Shown here: positions 17,705 to 29,411 of the stretch, piece by piece
Layout of the letters: each line of letters opens with the position of its first letter
How positions within the stretch are numbered: position 1 is the first letter of the stretch
Assembly (NCBI GenBank): GCA_963771075.1
Contig: CAVYSE010000006.1
Coordinates: 32,001 to 96,000, forward strand
Reading direction: 5' to 3'
Source: a candidate division FCPU426 bacterium
Lineage (GTDB): Bacteria; Oederibacteriota; Muellerivitia; Muellerivitales; Muellerivitaceae
DNA length: 64,000 bases
Program-made: the position numbers and the translations under genes
Notes under the pieces: generated by a model
Database searches by the model: none
What the model saw: the letters and a program-made list of their open reading frames with translations, nothing else
Told to the model about the DNA's origin: nothing

Positions 17705-20158
17705 ATGTTCGAGCGATTCACGGAGCGGGCAAAAAAGGTCATCAATCCCTTAGCCAAGGAAGAAGCCAGAAGGCTAAACCATAACTTCATCGGTACCGAG
17801 CACTTGCTTTTGGGTTTGATCCGCGAAGGCGGCGGAGTGGCGGTGGCCGTTCTGGAATCCTTGGGCGTGGATCTGGAGTCGGTGCGCATCGAGGTGGAAA
17901 ACCTGACCACCCCCTCCTCCGATACGCTGACCATCGGCGATCCTCAATTTACTCCCTCGGCCAAAAAGGTATTGGAATTGGCCGCGGAAGAATCCCAAAA
18001 ACTCGGGCATAACTACATAGGAACGGAACATTTGCTCTTGGGGATCATTCAGGAAGGTGAGGGCGTCGCGGCCCGGGCCCTAGAAAACTTGGGGGTTTCC
18101 TACGAAAAATCCCGGGATATGGTTATCAACTTGTTGGGTGGCACCTTTCCGAAGTTTTCCAAACAAGTCAAGAAATCCAAAACCCCCGCCCTAGACGCCT
18201 TCGGCCGGGATTTGACCCAAATGGCCAGGGAATCCAAATTGGATCCAGTTATTGGGCGCGAGGATGAGATCGAGCGTGTCATCCAAATCCTTTCCCGACG
18301 CACCAAAAACAATCCCGTCCTAATCGGCGAACCGGGAGTCGGGAAGACGGCTATCGCCGAAGGGTTGGCCCAGAGGATTAAGGAAGGGAACGTACCGGAA
18401 TTACTCCTGGACAAGCGAATCGTCACCCTGGACTTGGCCGCGCTTGTGGCTGGCACCAAATATCGTGGTGAATTTGAGGAAAGACTGAAGGCGGTTATTA
18501 ACGAAATCCGCCAGTCGGGGAAAGTCATTCTTTTCGTGGATGAGCTTCACACCTTGGTGGGAGCTGGCGCCGCCGAAGGAGCAATCGACGCATCCAACAT
18601 GCTTAAACCCGCCCTGGCACGGGGTGAACTGCAGTGCATCGGGGCCACCACCCTGAACGAGTATCGCAAATACATCGAGAAAGACGGGGCCTTGGAACGC
18701 CGTTTCCAGATGATCATGGTGGATGAACCGTCGGTGGACGAGACCGTCCAGATTATCAAGGGTTTGCGTGACCGTTATGAAGCCCACCACCGTGTACGCA
18801 TTACCGATGACGCCGTAGAAGCGGCCGCCCAGTTGTCCCACCGCTACATTTCTGGGCGTTTCCTTCCGGACAAAGCCATCGACTTGATCGACGAGGCGGG
18901 AAGTCGCACAAGGCTCCGAATCACGACCATGCCGCCCGAGATACGGACCCTGGAAAAAGACCTGGAAAAGATCAAACAGGAAAAAGAAGAGGCCATCAAA
19001 ACACAGGAGTTTGAAAGGGCCGCCGACCTGCGCGATAAGATGAAGAAAATGAGATCCAAACTCGGGGAAGAAAAAGAGAAATGGGAGAACTTGAAGAGCA
19101 AGGAAGAGGCCTTGGTCACCTGGGAAGATATCGCTTACGTCGCTTCTAAATGGACCGGCATCCCCATGATCAAACTGGGCGAAAAGGAAAGCGAAAAGCT
19201 CCTTCGCATGGAAGAGGAACTCCATAAACGCATCGTGGGGCAGGAGGAAGCCATTGATTCGCTCGCTAAGGCCATCCGGCGTAGCCGGGCGGGCATTGGC
19301 AATCCCAAGAAACCTATTGGAAGCTTCATGTTCATGGGGCCCACGGGCGTTGGAAAGACGGAACTTGCCAGGGCATTGGCGCAATTCCTGTTCGACGACG
19401 AGGATGCCCTGATCCGTTTCGACATGAGCGAGTACATGGAAAAGTTCAATGTGTCCCGGCTGGCGGGGGCTCCCCCGGGTTACGTGGGCCATGACGAGGG
19501 CGGCCAGTTGACCGAGAAGGTCCGCCGCAAGCCCTATAGCGTGGTTCTCTTTGACGAGATCGAAAAGGCACACCCGGAAATTTTCAACGTGATGCTCCAG
19601 ATCCTGGAGGATGGGCGCCTGACCGATTCCCTTGGCAGGGTGGTGGACTTCCGCAACACAGTGGTCATCATGACCAGCAACCTAGGCGCGAGGGAAATTG
19701 GGATCGAGAAGACCCTGGGGTTCAATCCCGAGTCCTCAAACGGTGCTTCTTTCGACAGCATGAAGGGAAAGATCCAAAACGAATTGAAGAAGGCTTTCAA
19801 TCCTGAATTCCTGAACCGTGTGGACGACATCATCACCTTTCATCCTCTCGACCGGAAACATATAGAGAAGATCGTGGACATCCTGCTAGCCGACGTGCAG
19901 AGCCGTCTTAAGGAAAAGAAAATATCCCTTTCGCTCGACGCTTCGGCCAGGGATTTCCTCATCGAGAAGGGCTACGATAAGGTTTATGGCGCCCGGCAGA
20001 TGAAACGCACCATCCAAAAGTATGTCGAGGACGCATTGGCTGAGGAAATGTTACGGGGCAACGTGAAGGATGGCAAAGCTCTCGTTCTGGGTTCCGCAGG
20101 TGAGAAGCTGGCTTTCCAAGCTACTGAAACCGAACCGGCATCACCCACGGCCGTATAG
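17705..20158 (+). CDS. clpC: ATP-dependent Clp protease ATPase ClpC
   Basis: MFERFTERA, two Clp-N repeats, two AAA+ modules, UVR domain and LGF ClpP-docking loop. Confidence 0.96.
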   Translation: MFERFTERAKKVINPLAKEEARRLNHNFIGTEHLLLGLIREGGGVAVAVLESLGVDLESVRIEVENLTTPSSDTLTIGDPQFTPSAKKVLELAAEESQKLGHNYIGTEHLLLGIIQEGEGVAARALENLGVSYEKSRDMVINLLGGTFPKFSKQVKKSKTPALDAFGRDLTQMARESKLDPVIGREDEIERVIQILSRRTKNNPVLIGEPGVGKTAIAEGLAQRIKEGNVPELLLDKRIVTLDLAALVAGTKYRGEFEERLKAVINEIRQSGKVILFVDELHTLVGAGAAEGAIDASNMLKPALARGELQCIGATTLNEYRKYIEKDGALERRFQMIMVDEPSVDETVQIIKGLRDRYEAHHRVRITDDAVEAAAQLSHRYISGRFLPDKAIDLIDEAGSRTRLRITTMPPEIRTLEKDLEKIKQEKEEAIKTQEFERAADLRDKMKKMRSKLGEEKEKWENLKSKEEALVTWEDIAYVASKWTGIPMIKLGEKESEKLLRMEEELHKRIVGQEEAIDSLAKAIRRSRAGIGNPKKPIGSFMFMGPTGVGKTELARALAQFLFDDEDALIRFDMSEYMEKFNVSRLAGAPPGYVGHDEGGQLTEKVRRKPYSVVLFDEIEKAHPEIFNVMLQILEDGRLTDSLGRVVDFRNTVVIMTSNLGAREIGIEKTLGFNPESSNGASFDSMKGKIQNELKKAFNPEFLNRVDDIITFHPLDRKHIEKIVDILLADVQSRLKEKKISLSLDASARDFLIEKGYDKVYGARQMKRTIQKYVEDALAEEMLRGNVKDGKALVLGSAGEKLAFQATETEPASPTAV

Positions 20159-20172
20159 GGAAAGGGGGGCCT

Positions 20173-23100
20173 ATGCCCGACCTACCCAAGCCCAGGAGGC
20201 CCCGTTGGCTCTTGGGGTCAATGGGTCTATTGGCCCTTTTGGGGCTTTGTTTCCTTCTTTTTAACCACTTAGTTGAGCTGGAGCTCAAACCCTTGATCAT
20301 CAAGGGTTTGAGCCAGGCCGTTCAAGGTCCGGTATCCCTTTCCTCTGTCACCGGTAACCTGGCCGGAGATGTGGTGATAAAGGACCTGACGCTAGATTTG
20401 CCCGGGTCACCCTGGCGGGTATATTTGAAAACCAACCAGGTCGAGGTCAAACTAGACCTGTTGAATCTCCTTCTTAAACACAAGGCGCTGGAAAACAGTG
20501 TTGTATCCCTCACCCTCTCCCAACCCCAGGTGGACCTGATCCGCGTTGATACCTCCTCTAGCCCCGCGACCCAGTCCGGTCCTTCTGCCACCCCAACCAA
20601 CGCGCCTTCTTCGATCCGGATACCAGTCTTTCTTGTCCCCGCACCCCGTTTATTCGTAAAGGGCGGGTCCCTTCAAATAAAAGCGGGGAAGGAACCCCAA
20701 ACCTTGATCACGGGGACGGATTTCGAGGCCTTCTCAAACGATGGCACGGATTGGTCCCTGATATTGTCCGCGCGGCCCGCAGACGCTTCCCAAGGGGGTT
20801 CCCTGCGCTTTAACGGCAGCCTACATCTCGATAGCTTGAAGGTATCTGGGAAAATCACCCTGGCGGACTGGCCTCTTGTTCAGGCGGGTTTGTTGCTAGA
20901 GGATCTGGCGGGATGGCAGATGACAGGGGGAAAACTGAACGCGGATTGCCCGATCGTCTACCAGCCAGGCCGGGGTTGTTGGTTTGATGCTCGCGTTGAC
21001 ATGGTAGACGCTTCCTTGATATCGCCCAAGCCGTTGGCTTTTTCCTTCGATAATATAAAAGGAAGGGTAACGGTTCGCCCCGCCGAAATCGAAATTCCGG
21101 GAGACCTTACCTTTAACACGAATGGGACTCTATGGAAAGCCCATGGCCTGATGCCCCTGGATGGAAGGACAATCCAAATACAAGCCTCCACCGAGGATCT
21201 CGCTCTATCCAGTCTATCTGTTGGGTTGCTCAAACTGAAAGGCGCTCCCTGGGAGGGTAAAGGTAAGGCTTCCCTCAATGTAGAGGGGACATTTCAAAAA
21301 CCCATACTCACGGCGAATGCGCAGTTGGGGTCCTCCCACCTGGGAGACATTATCTTGGATGGTTTTCAGGCCCAGGCTACTTATGAGGACGGACAGCTGG
21401 TTTTGAACCAACTGCAAGGAAATCTTTACGACGGAACCTTCACCGCCCAGGGACAAATCGGGCTTCAAGATCCCCTGAATGAACCCATTTCCATTACGGC
21501 TGATTTGAAAAATTTAGATATTGGAAAGCTTTTATTTTCCTTCGGCTGGAATGATATCGTTGGAAAGACGCAGGCCCAAATTCAGATATCCCACTCCCTC
21601 CAAGATCCCGTTATTTCCATGGTAAACCGGGCCGATTTTGACGCATCCCCGACCCATGATGCCTATTCCATGCAGAATGTTTTCAATTGGGCAGAAGGCG
21701 TGATCACTTTGAACTCAAAGATCAACGGACAGGACCAAATGAAGGCGGAGGTGAGACAGACTGCGGATGGATGGAAATTGCAACAAGCGGAACTTTCGGT
21801 ATCGAAAGCGGGTGGCCGGTTGACTGGGTCAGGATACCTTCCAACGGATCCGGATCAACCGATGAACCTTACCTTCGGGACCCCCCATGGAGAGGAGATC
21901 GCGTTGGAGGAAATTCCATTTTTTCATGAGAGGTTCCAGGACATCATGGGACCCGTGGAATTGAACATGCATTTTTTTGGCACCAAGCATAACCCCGAGT
22001 CCTCGATCCTTCTAAATGGGCCAAGCGTTTTAATCATCAAGCGAACGATGAACCCTAATATCAAAAAAACCAACCTGATCAAACTAGAGAATTACCCCCT
22101 GTCCGTCGATTTGGAATCGTCCAAGGGCGTCATGACCATAAAAAACCTGGATTACGGACCCATCTTCTCAGCTCGGGGCCAATGGGGATTACGGGAAGAT
22201 ACCATGGATTTAAACTTTAACGCCCAGGGTTTTCCCATCCCCACGCTGGCGGAAGTTTCGGGTTGGTTGAACCCACCTCAGCCATTGGAAGGCCTTATGA
22301 CAGGCCGGCTTCACTTGTCGGGCCAAAGGAAAAACCCCGTGCTTGATGGTGATGTGTTGGTAAGCCAATTCAAGTTGGAGGATTGGTGGTCCGATCAAGT
22401 GGAAGCTTCAATTAACCGGGACCAGGGCAAACTGATCATCCGCAAACTTAAGTTCACCCAAGGCGTCAATAGCCTGATCGCCAGCGGCAGTTGGGACACC
22501 AGCACTCAGCCCGGGACCATGAACCTGAGATTTTTCAGTAAGAATTTCCAATTGCGTAAGGGGCCTTTCCTGACCGGGAACTTCCTTTGGGATGCCCAAA
22601 CCGGTACACCTTGGTTCAAGAATTGGACAGGCCGCTTTTATTCCGACGGCTTCCGCATTGGGGACGGAAAGGTTCGGGGCTATGCCTTTTCTCGTTTTTT
22701 AATCGACGCTTCCTCTCAGGACCTTTCATTGGAAGGCAAGTTCCAGCTGGGAGATTCGGTGGAAGGCCGAGGGTCTTTTAATCTGGGTGAAAAGATCCCG
22801 ACACTCAAGGGGTCCCTCACCATCAACCCAGTCTTGATTTCCAAGATTCCTGATTTGGAGCAATTCATCCCGCCGGACTTGAAGGTGGAAGGGATCCTCT
22901 CGGGGAAAATCCGCTTCGGGATTGGAACCTGGGATAAGCTTCCCCTGACCGGAAACCTCCAGATCGCGGACGGGAATATTGCTAAAAAATACGCCTTCGA
23001 GAACCTGAGTTTGTCCTTCGCGGGAGACCGTGCCCATCTGGAACCTACCATTCGTCTGGAACAGAAAAAAACCTCCTATGAGTTGACCGGCACCTTGGAT

Positions 23101-26037
23101 TCCCCAAACGGATTTTGGGCGCCTGACGCCCGAGTGAACTTGCGGGGGCCTTTTAATGACAGCCTGGACCGACTTTTGCTCCTGGCCGACTTGGATCCCG
23201 CTGTGCATCACGCCGGGGGCTCCTTGAAGGGAGACCTCGTCATCGGGGGCACCTGGTCCAAGCTTGATTTCGATTTTTCCATGAATGGGAGCAATCTTCA
23301 GTTCGATGACAACCAAGTGATCTCCAGCTCCCTCCATTGCGGTTACAGTGATCGAAGGGTATTCCTGGACAAGACCCGGTTGACCTTGCCTAAGGGTGAA
23401 ATCAATATTGACCGTGGAAGCTTGGTGATTGACCCGTCTGATCCTTCCCATCTTTCGGTTGCGCTTTCGGGATCTACCCAAGATCTTTCCATTTCCCTTT
23501 TTAACCTAACGAACCGAGCTAACTTGACCGGCGATCTTTATTTGGGTGAAACCAAGGAAAAACCTACTTTCGCCGGACGCTTTTCCATCCTTGATTCCGA
23601 TCCATCGACCGCCAAGTCGGCCATTTTTGAACTCAACCTTCGGGTGAAACAAAAGATCGTAGACCTTCTTCCTCTTGGCAATGGAAAACCCCAGTTGGTG
23701 GGCGGCCTGGATCTTTCCCAGCCGGATAAAATATTGTTCCAACAGATACAACTTCTAAACGCCCCGGGTTCTTTTTCCGTAGATGGTACGCTTGATCTGG
23801 CAGGGGAAAGCCATTTAACCTCGGACGCTAAGGACATCCCTATCCAGGACGTGGCTAAATGGATTCTTCGGGATTTCCCATTAACCGGCAGGGCCAATTA
23901 CCATTTAGTTTTTGATGGCCCCCTTAGCCATCCGCTCATGACCTCCTCACTCACCGTAAACGGAGGACAGGTGGGCCAGCTGAAGTTCGACCTCTTAACG
24001 GCGCAATTGAGAGCCAAGAACGACACCCTCTACTTAGGCAACGAGGATACCCCGGTGGAGATCAGCCGAGTCGGGCTTTATGACTTCACCCTTTCCGGCA
24101 AGATGCCCCTAGCCCTCACTTCCTCGACTCGGGCCGAGACCCAGAACAGGGAAATGGACATAGTCGCGAAAATGGATAAGGGCGATTTCAGTCTGTTGTT
24201 GGCTGCGGGTCTGGCGAAGGATGCCCATGGTTTAATGGATTTTGACGCCCACGTGACGGGTACGCTGGACAACCCGGTAGTAAAGACCATGGACCTCACG
24301 CTGAACCAATGCCGGATGGTGCCTTCCATGATCGCTCAATCCCTTGAAGATATTAATGGTCGTATCAAGGTGCGCGACAATAAGTTGGCGGTAGAGGACC
24401 TGAACTTCCAAGTTGGCCAGGGAAGGGTTTTCATCACATCGCCTCCCATCGAGCAATCCAAGATGGTGATGGAGAATTTCATTCCCCAATACCTGGATTT
24501 CATGGTGCGCACAGTGGGGAACCATGGGCTTTGGCTCAATGTACCCACCATCATGCATAAGGGGGAATGGGGCGAGGTTTATTTTTACGGGCAAACCCCG
24601 GAAGACCCACTCCTCATCCACGGGCCCCTGACCGAACCTCATGTGATCGGCACCGCCCTGTTGGATACCGGACACTACACTTTTCCGCCGGAACCCGCTT
24701 TAGACGAACATGGAGAAAAAATCGAATACCGGGAATTGGCCAACGTGTTTTTTCAACTAAATCTGGTTTCAGGAAAAAACACTTGGTATTCCAACGATTT
24801 CAATACCATGTACCTGGATTTGAAAGTTGATCCAGGGGACGTCATCACCATTGAGGGAAAAGATTCAAACCGCACCGCCGAAGAGGCCGGTATCCAATGC
24901 CATGGGAAGGCGGGGTCTAGCAGCGGCTTTTTGCGGTATCTAAGCCACGAGTTCAAACTGCAGGAAGCGAGCCTCACCATCCCTAAGGGAAAGTTACCCT
25001 TCATGGAGGGATCGGCAATCGACAAATTCCCGAATGTGGATTTGATGACGCCGGGCGGGGCAACAGAACAAACCGACATGGATGTGAATGTTTATTTCAA
25101 AGGTACCTTCGGTAACATTGATTTCAGGCTGGACTCCAATCCGCGTTTCAGTACCAACGACAAGGATGTCCAACAAAAAGTTCTTCTTTCCTACATTATT
25201 TTCGGTCGGGACATGACGGGCTATTCCGGTCAGGCCTATTCCAGTCAGCAACTTCAGCAGATTTACCAACAGAATGCGGGACAAGTCATATTGCCGGCCT
25301 TTATTGACGCGATTAACCGGATAGGAACCAATTACCTTTCCGGTCAGATACGGCCTGCTATCTCCAGCCTCTTCGGCATTGACGCCCACGTCAAAGGAAA
25401 TGTAATCCCGGGCGGCTCCGGCCCATCCAGTTCCGCGACACCCGTCGTTGGCGCGCAGGCCTTGGAGGCCACAGGCAACAGTCTTGCGGCGGCCACTTTG
25501 CCCATGGTCCAGTTGGATTTAATCAAGCCGGTGGACTCGCACCTTTCCATCGAGTACACGGGTGGTTTGGGAAGGGACATCGTCAGCGGGGCCAGCCTAT
25601 TTCAGGAACGGGTTGGGATGAACTACAACGTCTCCAAGAACTGGAGTTTTTCAGGTTCGGTGGGACAAAATGACTGGAATCAAAATGACGAAAGGGTGGA
25701 GACTCGGTTCAAGACCGACTTGCCGGATATCATCGCCCCCAAGCCAGGTGACAAGGAAAAACCGCGCTTTGAGCAGGCCGACTTTTACCCCATTGGAAAC
25801 GGTAAATACCATCTTACCTGGACGCTGGACAAGGTCACCAAGGGTTCGGTCCATGTTTTCGATGCATCAGGCGCGGTGGTTCAGATTTTAACGGAGAAAA
25901 CGGATTGGGATTACCGGCACAATATGGACGTTGCGAATTTGAATGAGAGCCAAGACTATAAAATTCTCATCTCCGCCAAGGATCCAAATGGGAACGAGGC
26001 GGTCTCGACCTTGAAAATCCCTGCGGTTTCCGAATAG
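20173..26037 (+). CDS. TamB/AsmA-like translocation and assembly module protein, 1954 aa
   Basis: Single N-terminal TM, repeated beta-rich units (GTxxxP motifs), DUF490-like C-terminal region, and position directly upstream of bamA. Confidence 0.8.
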   Translation: MPDLPKPRRPRWLLGSMGLLALLGLCFLLFNHLVELELKPLIIKGLSQAVQGPVSLSSVTGNLAGDVVIKDLTLDLPGSPWRVYLKTNQVEVKLDLLNLLLKHKALENSVVSLTLSQPQVDLIRVDTSSSPATQSGPSATPTNAPSSIRIPVFLVPAPRLFVKGGSLQIKAGKEPQTLITGTDFEAFSNDGTDWSLILSARPADASQGGSLRFNGSLHLDSLKVSGKITLADWPLVQAGLLLEDLAGWQMTGGKLNADCPIVYQPGRGCWFDARVDMVDASLISPKPLAFSFDNIKGRVTVRPAEIEIPGDLTFNTNGTLWKAHGLMPLDGRTIQIQASTEDLALSSLSVGLLKLKGAPWEGKGKASLNVEGTFQKPILTANAQLGSSHLGDIILDGFQAQATYEDGQLVLNQLQGNLYDGTFTAQGQIGLQDPLNEPISITADLKNLDIGKLLFSFGWNDIVGKTQAQIQISHSLQDPVISMVNRADFDASPTHDAYSMQNVFNWAEGVITLNSKINGQDQMKAEVRQTADGWKLQQAELSVSKAGGRLTGSGYLPTDPDQPMNLTFGTPHGEEIALEEIPFFHERFQDIMGPVELNMHFFGTKHNPESSILLNGPSVLIIKRTMNPNIKKTNLIKLENYPLSVDLESSKGVMTIKNLDYGPIFSARGQWGLREDTMDLNFNAQGFPIPTLAEVSGWLNPPQPLEGLMTGRLHLSGQRKNPVLDGDVLVSQFKLEDWWSDQVEASINRDQGKLIIRKLKFTQGVNSLIASGSWDTSTQPGTMNLRFFSKNFQLRKGPFLTGNFLWDAQTGTPWFKNWTGRFYSDGFRIGDGKVRGYAFSRFLIDASSQDLSLEGKFQLGDSVEGRGSFNLGEKIPTLKGSLTINPVLISKIPDLEQFIPPDLKVEGILSGKIRFGIGTWDKLPLTGNLQIADGNIAKKYAFENLSLSFAGDRAHLEPTIRLEQKKTSYELTGTLDSPNGFWAPDARVNLRGPFNDSLDRLLLLADLDPAVHHAGGSLKGDLVIGGTWSKLDFDFSMNGSNLQFDDNQVISSSLHCGYSDRRVFLDKTRLTLPKGEINIDRGSLVIDPSDPSHLSVALSGSTQDLSISLFNLTNRANLTGDLYLGETKEKPTFAGRFSILDSDPSTAKSAIFELNLRVKQKIVDLLPLGNGKPQLVGGLDLSQPDKILFQQIQLLNAPGSFSVDGTLDLAGESHLTSDAKDIPIQDVAKWILRDFPLTGRANYHLVFDGPLSHPLMTSSLTVNGGQVGQLKFDLLTAQLRAKNDTLYLGNEDTPVEISRVGLYDFTLSGKMPLALTSSTRAETQNREMDIVAKMDKGDFSLLLAAGLAKDAHGLMDFDAHVTGTLDNPVVKTMDLTLNQCRMVPSMIAQSLEDINGRIKVRDNKLAVEDLNFQVGQGRVFITSPPIEQSKMVMENFIPQYLDFMVRTVGNHGLWLNVPTIMHKGEWGEVYFYGQTPEDPLLIHGPLTEPHVIGTALLDTGHYTFPPEPALDEHGEKIEYRELANVFFQLNLVSGKNTWYSNDFNTMYLDLKVDPGDVITIEGKDSNRTAEEAGIQCHGKAGSSSGFLRYLSHEFKLQEASLTIPKGKLPFMEGSAIDKFPNVDLMTPGGATEQTDMDVNVYFKGTFGNIDFRLDSNPRFSTNDKDVQQKVLLSYIIFGRDMTGYSGQAYSSQQLQQIYQQNAGQVILPAFIDAINRIGTNYLSGQIRPAISSLFGIDAHVKGNVIPGGSGPSSSATPVVGAQALEATGNSLAAATLPMVQLDLIKPVDSHLSIEYTGGLGRDIVSGASLFQERVGMNYNVSKNWSFSGSVGQNDWNQNDERVETRFKTDLPDIIAPKPGDKEKPRFEQADFYPIGNGKYHLTWTLDKVTKGSVHVFDASGAVVQILTEKTDWDYRHNMDVANLNESQDYKILISAKDPNGNEAVSTLKIPAVSE

Positions 26038-26100
26038 GGAGGCATCAAACCAGCCCCTTTTCGTCCGCTCAGCCGTCCAAATAGGCGGAAGGGGATTCGT

Positions 26101-26130
26101 TTGCCCTATTTCCTTTTATCATGCTAGAAT
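26101..26130 (+). promoter_or_regulatory. Possible promoter of bamA
   Basis: TTGCCC-18 nt-TAGAAT with an extended -10 TG. Confidence 0.4.
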
Positions 26131-26198
26131 TACCGCCTTTGCGTGGACCCCTCAGCGCTTATTCGGTCCGTTGTTCCGGGGGAGACCTTCTGGAGTGA

Positions 26199-28559
26199 AT
26201 GATTTTGCCCACATATAAATCAAATCGCCTTGTCATTGCCCCTGCTTTTTTTGGGTTGACCCTTTTGGTCATCAGTTTTGCTTTTTTTGCCCAAGCACAA
26301 ACCACAGTTCCGTTGCCCGTCACAGGTACTGGAGCCAAAATTGCCGCCTTGAAAGTGGAGGGTAATAAAAACGTTTCCGCTCTCCTGATTTTCGGCCACT
26401 TGAGCGAAAAAGAAGGCGATCCATTTTCCATGCGTAAAATCCGCATGGACCTGCACAATCTTTTCTCGATGGGCAATTTTACCAACGTAAAAGCGGAGAT
26501 AGGCCAGGGAAACCACCCGGGCGAAATGATTTTGACCTTCAAGGTCGAGGAGAGGCCCTTATTGGGCAAGATTATTTTCCGCGGGAACAAGAAATGGGAC
26601 TCCCATAAATTCCTCGAGGAAATGAAAAGCTCTCCCGGGGAGGCGTACGATCCCGCCAAGGTCAACGGCGACTTGGATGCGATCCGACACCTTTACCAAG
26701 ATGAAGGTTATCCTACCGTACTCGCCACCGCCACTACCCAACTAGATGCCACGACCAACAAGATGACTGTGATTATTGACATCACGGAAGGGGACCAAAT
26801 TAAGGTCGGATATATCACCGTGATCGGCAACAAAGCCTTCAGTTCCCAGAAGGTTGCCAATCAAATGAAGAAAAACCGGGAAGGGGAGAAATACCAACCC
26901 GAATCCCTGGCGGACGACTTGAAAGACATCGAGGATTTTTACCACGATGAGGGTTACTTGAAAGCGGTGATCCTGAGCCACAAGGAAAAACTCAGCGCCG
27001 CCCGCAAAAGAGTTTATTTGTACGTCACGCTTCAGGAGGGGTTGCAATACAAACTAGGTGAGGTTCAATTCCACGGCAATGTCCAGTTCGACGATGTCGA
27101 CTTGAAACGCACTTTGAACCTCGCATCGAAAGAAGTGCTCCGCCAGAAAGATTTGGATGAGGGAACCAAGAGGGTCAAGACCCTTTATGCGGATAAAGGT
27201 TATATCTACGCGGGAGTAACTCCCCAGTTGAGTTATGACGACGATTTGAAGAAGACCGATATCACTTTCAATGTGGTGGAGGGTCAGGTGGCCTATGTCC
27301 AGGACATCAAGATTGTTGGAAATTACAAAACCCAGGACTATGTAATTCGCCGGGAATTGCTCATCAAGGCGGGGGATAAGTTCGAAGCGGATCGGATCAA
27401 GGCTTCGGCGAGCGACCTGTATAACTTGGGATACTTCGATGAAGTAAATCCGGAGGTGGAACCGGGGGATTCGCCGGGGAAAGAAATCCTTGTTTTCCGC
27501 GTCAAGGAGCGCAAAACCGGCACCATCAGTCTGGGCGGCGGCTACAGCTCGGTGGATGGATTTATTGGAAACCTGAAGCTGGAAGAAGCCAACCTCTTCG
27601 GAAAGGGTCAAAAGGTGAATTTAGACCTGCAGTTCGGGGCCAATGAAAACAGCATCAGCATTGGCTTTACCGAACCATGGCTCTTTAACACGCCTACATC
27701 CCTGGGATTGAATTTATTTGATACCACCCGGATCTACACTACCGCGGTTCCAGACCCTACCTATGGTTCCACGCAGTTTTATACGGAAGTGAGCGTGGGG
27801 GGGTCCATCAGCTTGGGTAGGCGTTTGAGCCGCTTTTGGACCATCAACGGGACATACCTGCTGGAAAACGTGCAGATCAACAATGTGGGGCAGTATTACC
27901 AAACTCCCGGGACACCCCAATATATCCAATCCTCCAATTCCACCACGTCCAGCTTGACTCCCCGCATCACTTTTGACAACCGTGACAATTACTTTGACAC
28001 CCACACGGGGTGGAAGCATCAACTATCCCTGGAACTTGCCGGTGGGCCGTTGGGAGCCGACAACAACTTCATCAAGTTGATCGAGGACTCGAGCCGATTC
28101 ATCCAATTACCATTGGATTTCGTGTTCGCGGAGCATGTGCGTTTAGGGGCGGCCCAGGGCTACTGGTACGCCGGGCGCGGCTACTCGGATGTCCCCATTT
28201 ACGAGAAGTTCTACGCGGGTGGCACGGATACAATCCGTGGCTACAATGAGAGAACGATCGGCCCCATTCAAGGGGGGAATGCGCTCTTCGTCTCAAACAC
28301 CGAAATTCATCATCCCATCGCCGGCCCCTTGCGGGGAGTGGTTTTCTTCGACACTGGTGACGCTTGGAACTCCGCCTTTGATGCATTCGCCGGGGAAAAC
28401 CAGGTTCAGTATGGCGCGGGAATCGGATTGCGCCTCACCATACCTGGTACCATCATGGATATCCGACTGGATTATGGCTGGCCGATTGATTCAACACTGC
28501 CCATTACTGCGGCGCCGCCGGGCGGAGTATTGCATTTTAATCTGGGCAACCTGTTCTAA
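26199..28559 (+). CDS. bamA: Outer membrane protein assembly factor BamA
   Basis: Signal peptide, five POTRA repeats (GN motifs), FYAGGTDTIRGY lid motif and C-terminal HFNLGNLF. Confidence 0.93.
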   Translation: MILPTYKSNRLVIAPAFFGLTLLVISFAFFAQAQTTVPLPVTGTGAKIAALKVEGNKNVSALLIFGHLSEKEGDPFSMRKIRMDLHNLFSMGNFTNVKAEIGQGNHPGEMILTFKVEERPLLGKIIFRGNKKWDSHKFLEEMKSSPGEAYDPAKVNGDLDAIRHLYQDEGYPTVLATATTQLDATTNKMTVIIDITEGDQIKVGYITVIGNKAFSSQKVANQMKKNREGEKYQPESLADDLKDIEDFYHDEGYLKAVILSHKEKLSAARKRVYLYVTLQEGLQYKLGEVQFHGNVQFDDVDLKRTLNLASKEVLRQKDLDEGTKRVKTLYADKGYIYAGVTPQLSYDDDLKKTDITFNVVEGQVAYVQDIKIVGNYKTQDYVIRRELLIKAGDKFEADRIKASASDLYNLGYFDEVNPEVEPGDSPGKEILVFRVKERKTGTISLGGGYSSVDGFIGNLKLEEANLFGKGQKVNLDLQFGANENSISIGFTEPWLFNTPTSLGLNLFDTTRIYTTAVPDPTYGSTQFYTEVSVGGSISLGRRLSRFWTINGTYLLENVQINNVGQYYQTPGTPQYIQSSNSTTSSLTPRITFDNRDNYFDTHTGWKHQLSLELAGGPLGADNNFIKLIEDSSRFIQLPLDFVFAEHVRLGAAQGYWYAGRGYSDVPIYEKFYAGGTDTIRGYNERTIGPIQGGNALFVSNTEIHHPIAGPLRGVVFFDTGDAWNSAFDAFAGENQVQYGAGIGLRLTIPGTIMDIRLDYGWPIDSTLPITAAPPGGVLHFNLGNLF

Positions 28560-28637
28560 ATTGTTCTGCGTGGTTGGACACTGGTTTTTCCGTTCGGTCT
28601 CCTTGTCGTGCGGTTTTCGGGGCCGTATCCTATTGCC

Positions 28638-29411
28638 ATGAAAATCCTCTTGACCAACGATGATGGTTTTGACGCTCCAGGTTTGAGCGCGTTGTTTGAA
28701 GCAGTGAAACACATGGGGGATATCTTCATTTCAGCCCCTGATGAGCAGGCCAGCGCGAGCGGGCATTCCATATCACTTCGGGAGCCCTTTAAGGTCCAAG
28801 TCGCCTCATGGCCTGGTTCTGCTCACGCTTATCGCATTTCGAGCACACCAGCTGATTGTGTGCGAACCGCAGTTCTCAAACTTCTTCCCGAGAAGCCTGA
28901 CCTGGTGATTTCGGGGATCAATCAGGGAGCGAATTTTGGTTCACTGATCCTATATTCCGGCACAGTCGCCGCAGCGGCAGAGGCTGTCCTGCTGGGAATT
29001 CCCGCCCTGGCAGTTTCACTGACATCCCATCATTCTCGTGATTTTTCCGTGGCGGCCGATTTTACCGCCAAACTTTGCAAGCGGATCGGGACGAAACCTC
29101 TTCCCACAGGGGTATTTCTTAACGTAAACGTACCTCCTCTTCCGGGGAGTCAAATCAAGGGTGTTGCTCTCACCGCCCAAGGGCAATTCCGTCATATTGA
29201 CGATTTGGAACCTCACCATGAAATGGAGGATCATTTCTCCTACATTCTAGACTCCCCTCACGAGCCAGTGGATGAACATCCCGAGACTGACGTGCATCAG
29301 GTGAAGCATGGGTCCATTTCGGTTACTCCACTTCAACTCGATCTTACAGCGCGCGAACATTTTGGATATTTCGCAGATTGGCCGTGGAACCAAGGCTTAT
29401 GGAAGGAATAA
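28638..29411 (+). CDS. surE: 5'/3'-nucleotidase SurE
   Basis: MKILLTNDDG, TPADCV and SGINQGAN..YSGTVAAA motifs. Confidence 0.95.
   Translation: MKILLTNDDGFDAPGLSALFEAVKHMGDIFISAPDEQASASGHSISLREPFKVQVASWPGSAHAYRISSTPADCVRTAVLKLLPEKPDLVISGINQGANFGSLILYSGTVAAAAEAVLLGIPALAVSLTSHHSRDFSVAADFTAKLCKRIGTKPLPTGVFLNVNVPPLPGSQIKGVALTAQGQFRHIDDLEPHHEMEDHFSYILDSPHEPVDEHPETDVHQVKHGSISVTPLQLDLTAREHFGYFADWPWNQGLWKE

Noticed and set aside
18401..19573. 390-aa ORF antisense to clpC, and similar long antisense ORFs (22726-23481, 35285-36115, 42699-43790, 59600-60481)
   Set aside because: They are shadow frames of well-supported genes with no recognisable motifs.
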